In this document: piece after piece, positions 23,694 to 36,955 of the stretch
How the letters are laid out: the number at the start of each line of letters is the position of its first letter
Position numbering within the stretch: position 1 is the stretch's first letter
NCBI GenBank assembly: GCA_013265495.1
Contig: MU058584.1
Coordinates: forward strand, 1,152,616-1,216,615
Direction: 5' to 3'
Origin: Vicugna vicugna
Lineage: Eukaryota
Length of the DNA stretch: 64,000 nt
Position numbers and translations under genes: made by a program
Notes under the pieces: model-generated
What the model was told of the DNA's origin: nothing
The model's database searches: none
The model's input: the letters and a program-made list of their open reading frames with translations, nothing else

Positions 23694-25928
23694 ATCAACT
23701 GTGTCGATTTCAAATACCCTTCTTGCTTCCAAGGTCCTCCACTTCTAAGGACCCTCGATTCCCCTAGTCCCATTGGTCTCCTCCTTATCTCCCAAGCACA
23801 TCGTCTCTGCCTCCCTCCACTCATATGACAATTAAACGTCTTCTGATGCTCCAGAACAATCTCGCCTTTCCCCCTGAAGCCTCTGTAACGACTCCAGCCT
23901 AGACTGCTTTCTGTCTTCTCTAACATAAAATCATAAAACAGAAGCATATTTAAGGGACCTATAAGCATATTTATAGACCTTCTAAATCACCCTCCCCTTA
24001 TTTTAAATGTGGAAAAACTGAGGTTTATATAGATTAAAATATTTTCAAAGATCTCATAAAATCTCATTCTAAGATCTCTAATAATTTACAGAGCAAGGGA
24101 TAGAATGCTGTTCTTCAGCTAAGTTCTAGACAGCACATTTTCACCCAACTACTCTAGTTTCTTGTGAATGTGTATCTCAGAGTTCCATATGCATGTACTC
24201 CCGTGAGACAGCAAGTCCTTTGAGTACTTCCTTGGCCTCCCAGAGCATCTTGAAAATAACTAAGTACTTTATAAAGTTGCTTTAACTCCTAGGATGGCAT
24301 GGAGGATGAAGGTACAAGCCTGTACTGCTTTGGTTTGTATTCCAGCTCTTACTTATCAGCTGAGTGCCTTTGGGCAAGCTACTTAAATTCTAAGCTTCCA
24401 TTTTTCTATGTAAAGTAGTGATAATACTTTTCCTGCCTCATATGTATGTTGTGAAGCTAAGGAAGTTAAGGCATCACAGTGTTTAGACGAGCACTTGGGA
24501 CCTTGTTAATTTTCTATAAATGTGACCTATTATTGTTTCTGTTCTAATACTTGTCCCACTGCTCTGTCACAGCGCATCTTGCACATGGGATGTTGGGTGA
24601 TAAATGTTTACTGAACGAATAGAATAGAGTGAAATAGGACTCAATGAACATCGGTTTGACTGACATGCAAGATACCTTCCTTTCAGAGGCCTCCACCTTG
24701 GAATAATGGAACCAGTTCTGAGACCCGTTGCTGGAGGACCCTGCCCCAGAGAGACAAAGAAGGCGACGTGGAGACCTCTGCTGCTGCCCTGTGCGGCTCA
24801 GAGCTGCACTGTAATATCACCCGCCTTGTGCTGCTATTTAAAAATGAAAAACAAAGGATTGCTTTTCCCAAGCACTGACTACTCCCTACCCAAGGTTTCC
24901 CGTGGAAATGGAAACATTTCCCATGCTTTTATGGCCTGTCTCTGACATGCTCATCATCCAGAGTAGGTTATTAGGGGTAAAGGAAGACACACTGCAGGGA
25001 CAAAGCAGACAGGGGCAGGAGTAGTTTTTTGTTTTTGTTTTTTTTCCTTTGACCTTCAATTCTCCATCTTATTCAAAATATCATTGGCAGAATTTCTGGG
25101 CTATTTGTAATTCAGTTTGGAAGCCAGATAATGAACAGTGGGAAAATGGTCTTCGAGAAGAGGAAGACAGAAATTTATGGTTTATTTTGAGTTCCAAAAG
25201 TGGAGGGGTCAGAAGGCATTCCCACGAGAGCTTCTCTGAACACTGGCGTGACCCAGAGCTGTGGAACATCTCAGTGTCGTTCTGCTTTAAATTATAAAGA
25301 GGGGCATTCTACAATGAGAGTTTCTAGCTGTACATGGACCCTAGTTGTTTTATACCTTACAAAGGTATAATAAAGCATATTGGAAATAATAATAAAGCAT
25401 ATTGGAAAAGAAGGGAAGGAAAGAGGAGTAACATAAATTCACCTAAGCCTTAATGGACATTAATATATATATTACATCACTTACTAAACCTCTGTTCCCA
25501 GAACTTAAAGTGTCCTCTTGCAATCACTTTATGTAACAGATACAAAGTCGTAACTTCAGATAATCAGGACACTTTGTTGACACTTATCTCGGCCAAATTT
25601 TTAAAAATACTTTTTGAGCAAAATAATGACATGACGATGAGGAATCAGAGGACTGTTACTCGTCTGGAGCGTAGAATTTTATTTTAAACCATTTCTTCTC
25701 TCCTTCTCCCAATATATGTAAGCAGCACCTTATTATGCAAGATTTCTATTTTTCAGAATTATCTATTGATTGATTCATAACTCACATTTGTATTCATTCA
25801 CTTAGCAGACTCTAACAGAGCAACCACCGCTTGTCAGGCACCGTACTAGATAGTATGAGGGGTGCTTTACAAAATTAATAAGAAATTGTTCCAGACCTCA
25901 AGTTGGTCCCACTTTATAAAGATGTGTA

Positions 25929-26297
25929 TAGTCATCCCTCAGTATCTGCAGAAGATTGGTTCTAGGTTCCCCTACTCCCCATGGACACAAAAATCTGAGA
26001 ATGCTCAAGTCTTTTATATAAAATGATGAAGTATTTGCGTATAACCTACACACATCCTCCTGTATACTTTAAACCACCTCTAGATTACTTACACTACCTA
26101 ATATAGTGTATATGCTATGTAAAGAGTTATAAATACAATGTATATTGTATGGAAATAGTTGCTTGCACGCAGCAAATCCAAGTTTTACTTTTTGGAGCTT
26201 TCTGAGGTTTTTTTTGTTTTTTTTTTTTTGGAATACTTTAGATCCACGGTTGGTTGACTGTGAAGATGCATAACCCCCAGGTACAGAAGGCCAACTA
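25929..26297 (+). mobile_element. MER2-like TcMar-Tigger DNA transposon fossil
   Basis: TA|tagtcatccctcagtatctgc...atgctcaagtc...tataacctacacacatcctcctgtatactttaa...gaaggccaacta; degenerate terminal inverted repeats. Confidence 0.8.
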
Positions 26298-27226
26298 TGT
26301 ACATAGTTTTATTGGAAGATGAAAAAATTCTGAGAGCTCAAGGGATGAAGCGCTAGCTTTTCCTTGAGGGAGAAAAGAGAAAGCTTTTCAGAAAGGTTGA
26401 TATTTGGGGCTGGAATTTGGCTGAAATCCTGTGCGGTAGAGGTGCAAAAGGTATTGGTTTGAATCCCAAAGCAGGTGCTGTCTTCCTATTTTCTCTCAGT
26501 GCCCCAGGGATCCTTCCCAAAGTTTAATATGGAAATTCCCATCTTCCTAATATGTTTTCAAAAATTCCAAAGAGGCTTTCAAGGTCCATGCATAGGTCAC
26601 AGGGTCATAATCCTAGAAAATCCTCGCCAGCATTCTTAGAACATTCCCTCATTTTCCTCCCAACAAGCAATGAATTCTGACCTGTGGCCCTTACATCAAG
26701 ACTTGGTCTACAGGGATTCACTGAATTGTGTGGCTATTGGGATAGGAGTTACAAAGCTAGAAGTCTGCGCTCAGGATAGGGACAGGGTTCAAGAACCAAG
26801 CAGATGGTCACCTGGCTGTTTGCTGCAAGAATGATGCAAAGCAGCAGTCTTTGAGCTGGGCTCTCTTCTCTAGACTGAAGGCACAGCAATCTTAGACAAA
26901 CGCAAATGTAATTTTATGTATTACGGATGCAAGCCACAGCCGATAGGAGACCATCAGCTATGAAACACAATAAGAGAGAAAAAGACCTGAGAACTAGGGG
27001 AAACAAGGCCAGAGAGAGTGCTAGGGACATCCCACAGAAAAAAGAAGGGAAGAACAATGTCTTCTATGGGAAAAGTATCTCGTTAAACTCTTGAGACGTA
27101 GCCAGCAACCTGAGAAATTTTCACTTACGATGATAAGAAGGATGGTCTGCAAGGCATAGAAACAGGCACAGAAGGAAAGAGGGGGCTGGGTCACATGGCA
27201 GAAGTTAACAATTCCCACATCTTCCT

Positions 27227-27686
27227 TGGTGGTAGGTCCAAGATGTCCATGTCCTAGTTCCTGGGACAGGCGGCTATGTTGTCCTGTGTGGCAAAGAGGA
27301 TTCTGCAGGTGTGATAAAGTTAAGGATCTTTAGCTGTAAAGATTATTCTGGATTATCTGTGGGGGCCCAATATCATCACAGGGATCCTTGTAAGAAAAAG
27401 GCAAGAGGGCCAGAGTCTGAAAGCAATGTGCCAGTGGAAGCACAGCGGGAAATGCTGGAAGGTGCTACACTGCTGACTTTGAAGACCAAGGATGAGGCCA
27501 TGAACTAAGGGATTCAGGAGGCTTCCAGACATTAGGCTTCTTCCCTAGACCCTGCAGGAGGAACCCCAGCAACCCGAGAATCCATTTTAGATTTCTGCTG
27601 TCCAGAGCTGTATGAGAATAAATGTGCATTGTTTTAAGTCACTAGGCTTCTGGCAGTTGTTACAGCGGCAACAAGAAACAAATACA
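27227..27686 (+). mobile_element. MaLR solo LTR (MLT1D-like)
   Basis: aagatgtccatgtccta...gttaaggatctt...gattattctggattatc...aataaatgtgcattgttttaagtcactagg...gttacagcggcaacaagaaacaaataca end. Confidence 0.85.
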
Positions 27687-28469
27687 TCCTCTCTTAGCTT
27701 CTGTTTTTCAGATTTGGTTCACTATCGAAAATAAACTTAACAGTAGTCGGACTGTTTTCTCATCCCCATTCTACTTTTCTATTTTCAGTTAACAGTTAAT
27801 CTTAATTTTTTTCACCTTTACAGAATGGTCTGTATTTTAACATGCAGTTTTCTGAATTCCCCGCCTGGACCAGCTATTTTTTTTTTCTAATCTTGCTCCT
27901 TTTCTCCTAGCCTCCCAAACTCAAATCAGACAAGTGTCCTATGGGAGAGCTATCTAGGGTTAATCCCTGGAGCCTTGCATGCAGCAGATAGAGGGTTTTT
28001 TTTTTTTAATAAAATTAATTTAGCAACAATAAAACTTTTGGGAAAGTCAAGATAATGGGTTTTGACTTGACATCTTCTAAGAATTCCTAAAGGCGGTGGT
28101 CTTAGCTCAGAGAAATAAACCCATCACCTACTCCTAAAAAGAGTATCACCTCCAGGCAAACAAATTATGTCAATAGTCCATTTATTCTATCAACCCCTAG
28201 GCTCAGAGGAGTTATCTGTGATCCCCTTTCTCTCCTGCTTCCTGTCATCCAGTTGACTCATTTGCTTTCTATTGTCCTTTGCAATGAGCTGTTCCATTTG
28301 AGTCCCATCCCCATACCTCCTATTTAGCTCTGCAGGGAGAAGAAGACAGTTTTGGAAGCTTCCCAGTTCCTTGTTCTGGCTCCATTCTGAGACTTGGCTG
28401 CAAGGTCTCCCAACATGAAGATAACTAAGAAAAATCACAGACTTAGAGAAAGCACTCAGTCCCCAGCTA

Positions 28470-28670
28470 ATTAAATGCTTTACTCAACACATATAATGCA
28501 TAACCCTATTTAGTGTTCATAACAATCCTGAGGGAGGTATAAATGCTACCCCCATCTTGCAGATGAGAAAACTGAGTCACAGAGAATTTACTTAATCTGC
28601 CCCAAATTACCCAGTAAATGACAATTTCAAACCTAATGTCACTTCAGCTCCTAGGCTTTTAATTACTATG
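28470..28670 (-). mobile_element. MIR SINE
   Basis: cataacaatcctgagggaggt...cccatcttgcagatgagaaaactgagtcacagaga reverse core. Confidence 0.7.
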
Positions 28671-30071
28671 CAAAATCACCTATTTCATGCTGTTCAGATA
28701 ATGTAATTGGCAGCTGTGTGCATCTGGTCAGTAGAAATTTTTAACAAATCATTGTTTTCTTAAAGACTACAGTTTGTTTCCTAATCAAAACCTTCTGAAA
28801 GATGATGTTTATGGAAGAAGAAATATTTTAACAGTGAAGATGCACAAAATTCATAAGTCAAAGTTCATTAGATGAAATAAAATGAAGGTGATACGTAAAT
28901 TGAGAGATCTTGAATTAGCTTCAGCTTTAAGCAGCTGTGTGATCTTGGACAAGTCACCAAGGAGTCTGGACTTGTTTTGTCAGCTGCAAGAGAAGAAATT
29001 GTTTCGTGGCTCTGCTCCTATTCTCAGTCTGTGATTTTAAACTGGTCATATGAGAGAAGAGGAAGAAAAAATGACATCCCATCTCAAGGGGCAGAAGCTA
29101 TGAATTTGAGTCACTAGACTTTCATTGTGCATCCGTATGTGATCAAAATTGAGCTGGGCACTCAATTCCACACCACCACAATGGTCAATTGTTTCTGTGA
29201 TTCTTGTCTTTTTCATGCTCTTAAGCTGATGTCCATTTCATAAAATATGTTCCATAAGCAACTAAAGAAAGTCACATATCCCTTTCCCTTGGTTGCAGTC
29301 CAGCCATCTGCACTCACATTTCAGCCTAATTGCAAGCATCAGGGCCTTGTCTGAGCCAGGAAGCGAGACAAGAATAGGTTAAGCTATTCTTAGAAGATCT
29401 GGAAGATAAAAGAAGGCAATTTGAAAAAAAAAAATTAAGGCTTTTTGAACTGTCAAATTAGAATTTTGAAAAAAATCTCAACTTACAAAAAGTTTTTTTT
29501 TTTCTTCACTGTTGCTAGCTAAAGGAGAAAGTGTAAAATTCAAACCATGAAGGGAGAAAAAAAAATCCTCATTGATCTATATTCATCTTTATGAAAGAAA
29601 AATTGCTTCCTCCTAGCAGGCTCAGACACTTTCAATCTGTCTGCAAAGATCTCTGATTTTAACAAACAATCCATCTTTTTTCCAAGTCATTAAAAAATAT
29701 CATGTGCACGTGTGTGTGCACATGTGCAGATGCATGCATGTGTGTATTCAAGTGACACACATGTTTTGGACTTGGGGAATTCAGAAACAGAGTCCAGGAC
29801 TCTGGAAGCTTGTCATCCAGAAAATACCAGACCCTCAGAGAGTGGGCGGACTCTTCTGGGAAAGTCTTCAGTGTGACCTGCACTGTTGACCTTGTCCCAA
29901 AGTGCACTGGTCATTCGGTCCCATGGTCCTGTTGACCCAGGTATCTCTCGTAAACTATTACTTAAAATAAGTCACAAAAATACAACAAATGACTTTTTAA
30001 TGAAACATCTCAGTTCTCTCTAAACTTCCTATATCCCCACAGACAAGTCCTTCATCAAGAAATAGATGGTC

Positions 30072-30099
30072 CACACACACACACACACACACACACACA
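30072..30099 (+). repeat. (CA)14 microsatellite
   Basis: Direct reading. Confidence 0.95.
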
Positions 30100-30388
30100 A
30101 ATGTCAAAAAGTACTAGCTTGACAAAAACAGCTCCGCACACTTCACTACCAGTCATGAGCAATACATAGTAGAGCACTTCACATTTTCCACGTATTTTCA
30201 CTTCATGCTTCATCTTTTCCTCTGATTCTACTATGATAGTTCCAACATCTTTCTAGAATGTATAGTTTAAGGATCTGAGTGATAGTTTTTTTCTAGATGG
30301 CCTAGGTATTGTTTTGAGAAGTGTCTGAGAAAGCAGTTGGGAAAAAAGAAACAAAAACATGCAGAAAATAGAATAATGATCTTAGCCT

Positions 30389-31024
30389 TGAGACAGGAAG
30401 GTGGCAGGGCACAGCCATTCAAGGAATGCTACACAATTAACATCAAAATGGTGAAAGATTCAACCCCCAGCAGGCCTTGAGGCTCAAGATGGTGGGAGAT
30501 GTAACTTCTAGTAGACCTTGAGCTTCATTTTACGCCCATTGTAATATATTAACATGGTGAATAACACGCCCACAGGCGCCATGGCAGTCCCAAGGCTAGC
30601 CACAAAAGGTGAAAGAGTGGGAAATGGACAACTTCCTGGGAACCCTAGCCCCCTCCCCAGGCTACTTAGGCTGGTCTTTCCACTTATTTGCATATGAAGC
30701 TACTGAAGCCCAAAAAAATGGGCAGCACTGCCCCTCATGGCCTCTCTCTCTCTCTCCCCCTTTGGAGACAGCCCACACTCTGCCTATGGAGAGTGTACCT
30801 ACTTTTACTCTAACCTGAGCACCCAACCCCCTCACCTCATGGCCTTTCTCTTGCCTTTTGATGTATCTCTCTAAATAAATCTACCTTTACTCAGCTGTGG
30901 CTCGCTCTTGAATTCTTTCCTGCACGAAGCCAAGGACCCACACTTGGCGGGGCATGTCCCAGGGGCTCAACCAAAGCCTGCGACACGGCCCTCCTCAAGT
31001 CCCACATCTGTTTTTCTTGCATCA
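30389..31024 (+). mobile_element. Complete ERV1 solo LTR, MER41-like (636 bp), antisense to RGS5 in intron 1
   Basis: TG...CA termini, 4-bp TSD GCCT (30385-30388 and 31025-31028), AATAAA at 30874-30879. The 3' half (gctcgctcttgaattctttcctgcacgaagccaaggaccc) resembles recalled MER41 U5. Confidence 0.85.
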
Positions 31025-34000
31025 GCCTCCCTTACTATTCATAAAGCCAACGTAATTTTAGGTACCTACTGTCCAAAAGCATTCAAAGACTGCGTAAACG
31101 AATGCTTTCAACCCTGAAATATTTCCTTTTTGAAGGAGAAAAAATATCAGGCCAAGCTACTTTGTCTTGACATAGTAACTGAATAGAATGCTTTGCAAAG
31201 GAATACCCTGTCTGGACTTTCCAGGACCTCTGTGATCCAGGTGAGTAAGCCTGAAGTCAGTGTGCATTAGCTGTGTTGGGGATGCATGCATTATATGATT
31301 AGGCTGATCATACCTGCAGGTTTACCAGGAAAGACCCAATTTCTAATGCCTGGTCTAGAGGCAAGTTCTACATCCTCATCCTAGTTGGAAATTGCCATTG
31401 CTGTGCGTATATGTGTGTGACACGGATTCATGCAGTCAGAGGCAGTCTTCATGTGACTTCATGAGTGGTCAGCACTCCAGGATCTACTCAGCTGGCAGAT
31501 AAAAATTGGTTAATTATGTGAAGTCCTACAAACTTCGATTCACTCTTATTCCAGCCCCAAGGATGAAAATTCTTTTCATTGTTAAGTCAAAGGACGGGCA
31601 GCATTCAGAAGGGCGTGCATGGGCCACTGTGAGAAACATGTGACAAAGCGTGAAGGTGGTCAAGGTCACCACACCCCCAAGGTCAGGCATGTCTGTGTTC
31701 CCGCTTCACCTTTCCTTCCTGCCCTCAAGGAACTTATGCCCCTGAGATAAGAGAGAACTAAATTAACGAAACAAACAAACAAAAAAGAATAGAGAAAGGC
31801 AAAAGTTAGAAGACAAAAAGTAATTCATTACAGGAACTGTGGCAGTAAACTGCATGAGAAATAGCTGAAGCCACACAATTTCATGAGGTTTGCCAATAGC
31901 TAAAGGCTATCATTAGAAGCAAAAAGAGACTCACCTCTTTAACAAAGTTTTCCTGATGAAACTATAGAGATGCTGGAGGTTCTCCACCTTTCTTCCTCTC
32001 CCAACCCCACTCCCACTCTCCCCCAGGTGGAATCCCTCTTTATTTAGCAACATACACTCTATCCCTTTGTAGCCTCATAAAAAACAACTCAGCTATAGTC
32101 CTTCCCAATCCTTCTGGAAGCAGAGGAAGCACCAGGTCAGCCTGGAAGCAGGTCTGTCTCCACTTGCTGTACATTTATTTGTGCATTCTTTTGACAAAAC
32201 ACTAATTAAGTGCCTACTATGTGTCAAGGACAGATTGTCTTAAGTGCCTACTACATGCCAAGTACACATTGCCTTTTTAGTATTGAATTATTTAGGCATA
32301 AGGGGGAAAATCTTTTTCATGAACTAATCTTTTCAATTTTTAGAGCCAGGAGTAGAGGGGCCCTGGACAAGTTCCAAGGAAACAATATCCGGGGCATGCT
32401 GTGATTGGAAATTCAAAGTTCCATCCTCATCTGCTTGCATGGGAGAGATAATACGGATTGCACAAAGATGTCATAACATCAGCCAGACTCCCTGGGCCGT
32501 CTCATCTCCATGTCTTTGCACATGCAGACTTGCCCCTTGGCCTGGTAAGCCTGCCTTCTGTCTCCTTTTCCTATTTAGACCCGACCCACTCTTTGGCCCA
32601 TTCAGGCTTAGCTCATAAACCTTACACATCATCCCCTGTGACTTCTTGCACCGTCTTCCCTGACCACCGACAGCTCTGTGAGCCTCCAGCCCAGCTCCCC
32701 CTACTTCTGTGCTTCTTAATACGTGGTGCATTTATTCTTCTACAGCGAATCTCAGCACAGAGGGCCACTTTCCTCTCATTTATCTCCCTACCTGAACTGA
32801 AATTTCCCTGAGAGCTTTCATCCTTATGCCCAAGACAAGCTTGGAGGTTTGAAAGGCAATCCAGAGAAACAGTGGAAATTGTTTCATCAGTAAGAATCGA
32901 AACAAAGTTTTTCTTAGCGACACCTCTCCTTGTTTTGTTCCATAGTTTACTCACTTTCTTAAGATTACAGAGTTTCACCGAAATAGTTGCAGTTACATCA
33001 CAAGACCCCTATCAGCAGGAGCAAGCTTCAGAGTCACACTTGTTCCAGAAAGCATGACCCCAAACCCTCCTGGAGGCTCTGCCACTGCCTCTTCAGGCCT
33101 CTTCAGTGATTCTGTGTCCATTCTGACTCATTTATCATTCATTTGAGTTCATTGCTGCAGTCTGGAGTTCACTAGGTGCTTATCTTTTCTCTATAATTGG
33201 CCTAAGGATGTGCTCATGCCTTTGGGAGAAAGCTGTGTTTACTTAATCCTGTGGACCCTGCAGCTTTGACCGGCTCTGTTTGGTGCTTCTGAGTGTTTAA
33301 CAACCTTGGAGGATGAGTTGATTAGTGGCCCTGGTTATTAGGTGCCTTTCTACCCTAAATTGTCCACACTTAGACCCATATACATTAGAGAAGATGGGGG
33401 AAAGTTGAATGTTTAGCAAAATAATCATAAATAACAAAACACCACCTTCCCCATTTATTCTGTAGCTCCTGAAACTCCCAGTGTTGCCACACACTTGAGA
33501 TGGCCAAAAGTCCCTGAGTGAACCGTGGATTAAACACATTCCACCCCCGGCAGCCTTCATAATGTTAAACAGAAATCAGATGTATGTCAGACACCTATAG
33601 AAGTAAAGCATTTGGGACACTTGACCAACAGCTCAGGGAAAAGTCTTTGTCAGGATTTGCCTTCATTCCTCCTTTACTCCCCTTTTTAGCTTAGTAGAGA
33701 CTGTAAACTTGGTATCAGGACTAGTCTATGGACAAAAATAATCATCATCACACTGGTTGCTTTACATAACGTTGACAATTTTCAGGGAATCGTAATAATA
33801 ACATGTTTTATTTCAGAATGCTTCCATCTTCTTCCAAAGAGCTATGTTATTTAGCTTAAAAATTGAACCTGCTCAGAGAAATTCAAGAGATTCAAAATAA
33901 AACATTTTTAAGAGAAGCCTAAAATTAAAAGTTGAAAAATCACTGGCAAAAAGTAAGATTTTCTATTAATTCAACTCTTTCTCTTTCCACTGACTCTCTG

Positions 34001-36254
34001 AGATTTCCACCCACAGAGCATAGGTTTCAATATGCCAGTGGGTGAAAACTGTGGGGTGGTGGCCATTTAGTGTTTGGATTATTGGTCTCCTTAAAAATAT
34101 ATAAATATGTGAGGTCAATTTTGAGTTGTAATGAGCAATAATCTTTAAAATCCAAATAAAGAAAGAAAAAGGAGTTTCTACAAGTACATCAAAGTTGACT
34201 CTGGCTTAATGCTTCCTTAGACATTAATAAAGAACTATTTTCTAAAGCTCCCTTTGCGTGAAAGTAAGTGTTGCTTTCTTGTAAGTCTGTATTAGAATTA
34301 CAGAGTAGGTTGCTTCTGGCACAGCCATGATTTCAAGACAGGGTTGAATCCTTGATGATTTTTCATTAATTAACTCCCAAACTTTTAGAGAGAAATAAAT
34401 TAGGAAAATTTTTAAATTTAGGAAAAATGGTGTTTCTTGCTAGACACTGAAACCAAGTGTATTTCACTTGATTTGAACTATGTTATAATTAGAAAGGATG
34501 TTGAAAAATAACTAATCCAGCTTCCACTTACCAAATACGAAAATAAAATCTCAGGAAAGTGAAATAACTGGCTCATGAACACAGACTAGGTAATGACAAA
34601 ACTAAGTCTGCCCCTTACTCCTTAACTAGTTCATTTTCCATTATGAGTAGAGCCAAGGAAGGCAGATTTGGAAGGATGCATTCGAGTATCATTTTCTCCT
34701 TAGAATAGACAATATTAGGTTCTTTCCATGAGTGCGTGCTAACAGCTCCCCAGCTCCACTATTCCATTTCTCCAAGACAGTCATCTCAGCCAGCATTGTA
34801 ATTGGAAATAGGACTCTATGAGCAATGGTGAAAAATCATGAATAACACAGTAATTGCAGGATTCTACCATATGTCAGTAAATTAAAGGGTTAAGGCAATA
34901 AGTTTGCTCTTTGGCCACTCTATAATATTCCTTGTGAACACCCTGGAGCAGAAGAATTTACTGTGCATTAAAAGATTTGTAAAGTGATTTAATATCAATG
35001 TTGGTAGAGAATCAGATCTAAAACAGTAATAGCAATCAATGAAAGAAATGTTCCATCCATGTGTCTCAGCAGACATTATGCGTGTTTACAAGAACACATA
35101 GGACAATATTAGTAACAATGCCAAACTTTCAACAAACATCTATTGATTAACCATGAAATGCCAAGCAGTAGGTCACAGGATCACAAAATGACTGATAGAC
35201 TGATGTTACAATCATTCTAGACTCAATCGTTCAGCAATTAATGAGGTGAGGTTTATTCATTACATGAAAGTACATAATTTCAAACAATAAGGGGGCTAAA
35301 GGCATGCATCACAATTGTTATAAAAATCAATTGTGGAATTCTCAGAGCTGCAAAAATGGAAGAAGAAAGAATTATGTATTATGTTCAAGGAAGTTTCTTT
35401 CATCTCCCTATGTTCACTTCATTTCTCAGGCTTCCTTTGGAGGGAGGCACAGGCTGATAGCAATAAATCGTATTCAGCACTGAAACCTGTCTTCCTCCCC
35501 AAGGTTGGTCCAGTGGCCAGTATCATCTGCCTGGTTACAGTCTCACTCCTGTTACTTAAGTCCTGCTACTTTATTTTGCATGCATCTTGTAAAAATCATC
35601 TGTGCTTTTGACAGCAGGAAGTGAGAGCAGGCTTTATTGCCAGGCACTAGACAGTATTGTCAGAGACAAATCCCTTTGCTATGCTATCTCTTTAAAAATC
35701 TTTTTCAGATTATTTCTAGGGTCAAAGTCATCAAAATGAAAACCTGAGCTTGTAAGAGACAGGAGACCAGATCTACTGAACAAAACAATCTTCTGAGGCA
35801 AACATCCCCCATGGCTTTAGGAGTGAAGTTAGACTGTACAAAGATCACGTGAATTTCCTTTTAATAATGTTGGATCAAACAAAATTTATCAGAGTCATTC
35901 TTAAGAAACAGGAAGATGATAAATACCCCTACCTCTCTGCATTAGGTAGGGCTGTTGGGTTACATTTTCTAACAAGTCAGATATTTGTTCTTATTCTGTT
36001 TACTTGGTCTAGATACTTAGGATTCCCTCCAGCATATTGTCTAGTCCAAGGACAGCCACAGAGCCTCAAAGGTGTTCCCCCGTGTCTGAGAAATAATGTT
36101 AGCTAATAAATAACCTCTATGTCTCAAGGGCTATCTTCTCTCCAACAATCCAGCTACTTCTGTCTGATGGGATCAAGATGCAAACAACAATGAGAAATCC
36201 TCTCCGCCTCATTGCAAACCTGGGCTGTCCTCTTCTGCTCCATGGACATTAATA

Positions 36255-36480
36255 AAGGTTAACATTTATATAGTTCTAATATGTGCCAGACAGTGTTCTG
36301 GGCTTTTCATGTACAGTAATTCATTCAATCCTCATAACCAGCTAGTGAGGTAGATACTCTTAGTAGACCCGTTCTACAGATAAGGAAACTGAGATACAGA
36401 ATAAATTGCCCCATCCCACACGAAGAGTAATAGTGGAGCCAGAATTCAAATCCCAGCAACTTGGTGTTGTTCTTAACCAT
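36255..36480 (-). mobile_element. MIR SINE
   Basis: tatgtgccagacagtgttctgggc...tcaatcctcataac...tacagataaggaaactgagatacaga...gagccagaattcaaatccc. Confidence 0.75.
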
Positions 36481-36765
36481 ACAGTTCGGACTCGGAACAA
36501 GCACCTATAAAATGGCATCTCCTCAGAGGAAATGATGCATTAAATGATGTATGGTATATATCACCCTTTGTATTCGTCTCCTAGCTCAGATCTTTCAAAA
36601 TCTCTTTGTTGTTAGCAAAGAGGAGACAATCTCCAGTCTACCACTGAGCACCTGTTCACCCATTTCACCACAAACTCCAGTGACCTTCTATTGCCTCTGG
36701 GTATCCTCTCCTAAATGAAGATCCTCCATTCCTCCATCTGGTAAGCCAAAACAACTTTTTCTCAC

Positions 36766-36809
36766 CTTTCCAGGCACGAGTGGGGCAAGGCTGCAAGTCC
36801 TTTGCACAT
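36766..36809 (-). CDS. RGS5: RGS5 coding part of exon 1 (44 nt; MCKGLAALPHSCLE(R))
   Basis: gccaaaATGTGCAAAGGACTTGCAGCCTTGCCCCACTCGTGCCTGGAAAG|gtgag. MCKGLAALPHSCLER is the RGS5 N-terminus. Too short for the ORF track. Confidence 0.97.
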
Positions 36810-36895
36810 TTTGGCAGGTGGCTTAGCTCCTCAGCTTTGAGCACAAATTCTTATCAGCAGAGCAAAGTCTCTGAAAACTTCAAAACTGTCTGGGA
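36810..36895 (-). other. RGS5: RGS5 5' UTR (exon 1, approximate TSS ~36890)
   Basis: Lies between the ATG and a point ~25-30 nt downstream of the TATA box. Resembles the recalled mammalian RGS5 leader (cccagacagttttgaagttttc...gagctaagccacctgccaaaATG). TSS is inferred. Confidence 0.7.
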
Positions 36896-36914
36896 CTGCC
36901 TTTTTCTCCGAGGA

Positions 36915-36921
36915 TTATATA
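36915..36921 (-). promoter_or_regulatory. RGS5: TATA box (TATATAA) of the RGS5 promoter
   Basis: Minus-strand cTATATAAtcc about 105 nt upstream of the ATG, in a locally GC-rich region. Confidence 0.75.
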
Positions 36922-36955
36922 GAGGCTCCCTCCCAGCCCTCGGTCGCTCTGTGGG

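Noticed and set aside
25367..25408. Short tandem duplications (22-bp period here; 34-bp at 32206-32271; 16-bp at 48434-48468) as a CRISPR-like or regulatory array
   Set aside because: Two-copy local slippage duplications with no spacer structure; ordinary for mammalian DNA.
1656..36809. Paralogue RGS4 or RGS16 instead of RGS5
   Set aside because: The N-terminus [29 protein letters not shown] and the large introns fit RGS5; RGS4 reads [20 protein letters not shown].
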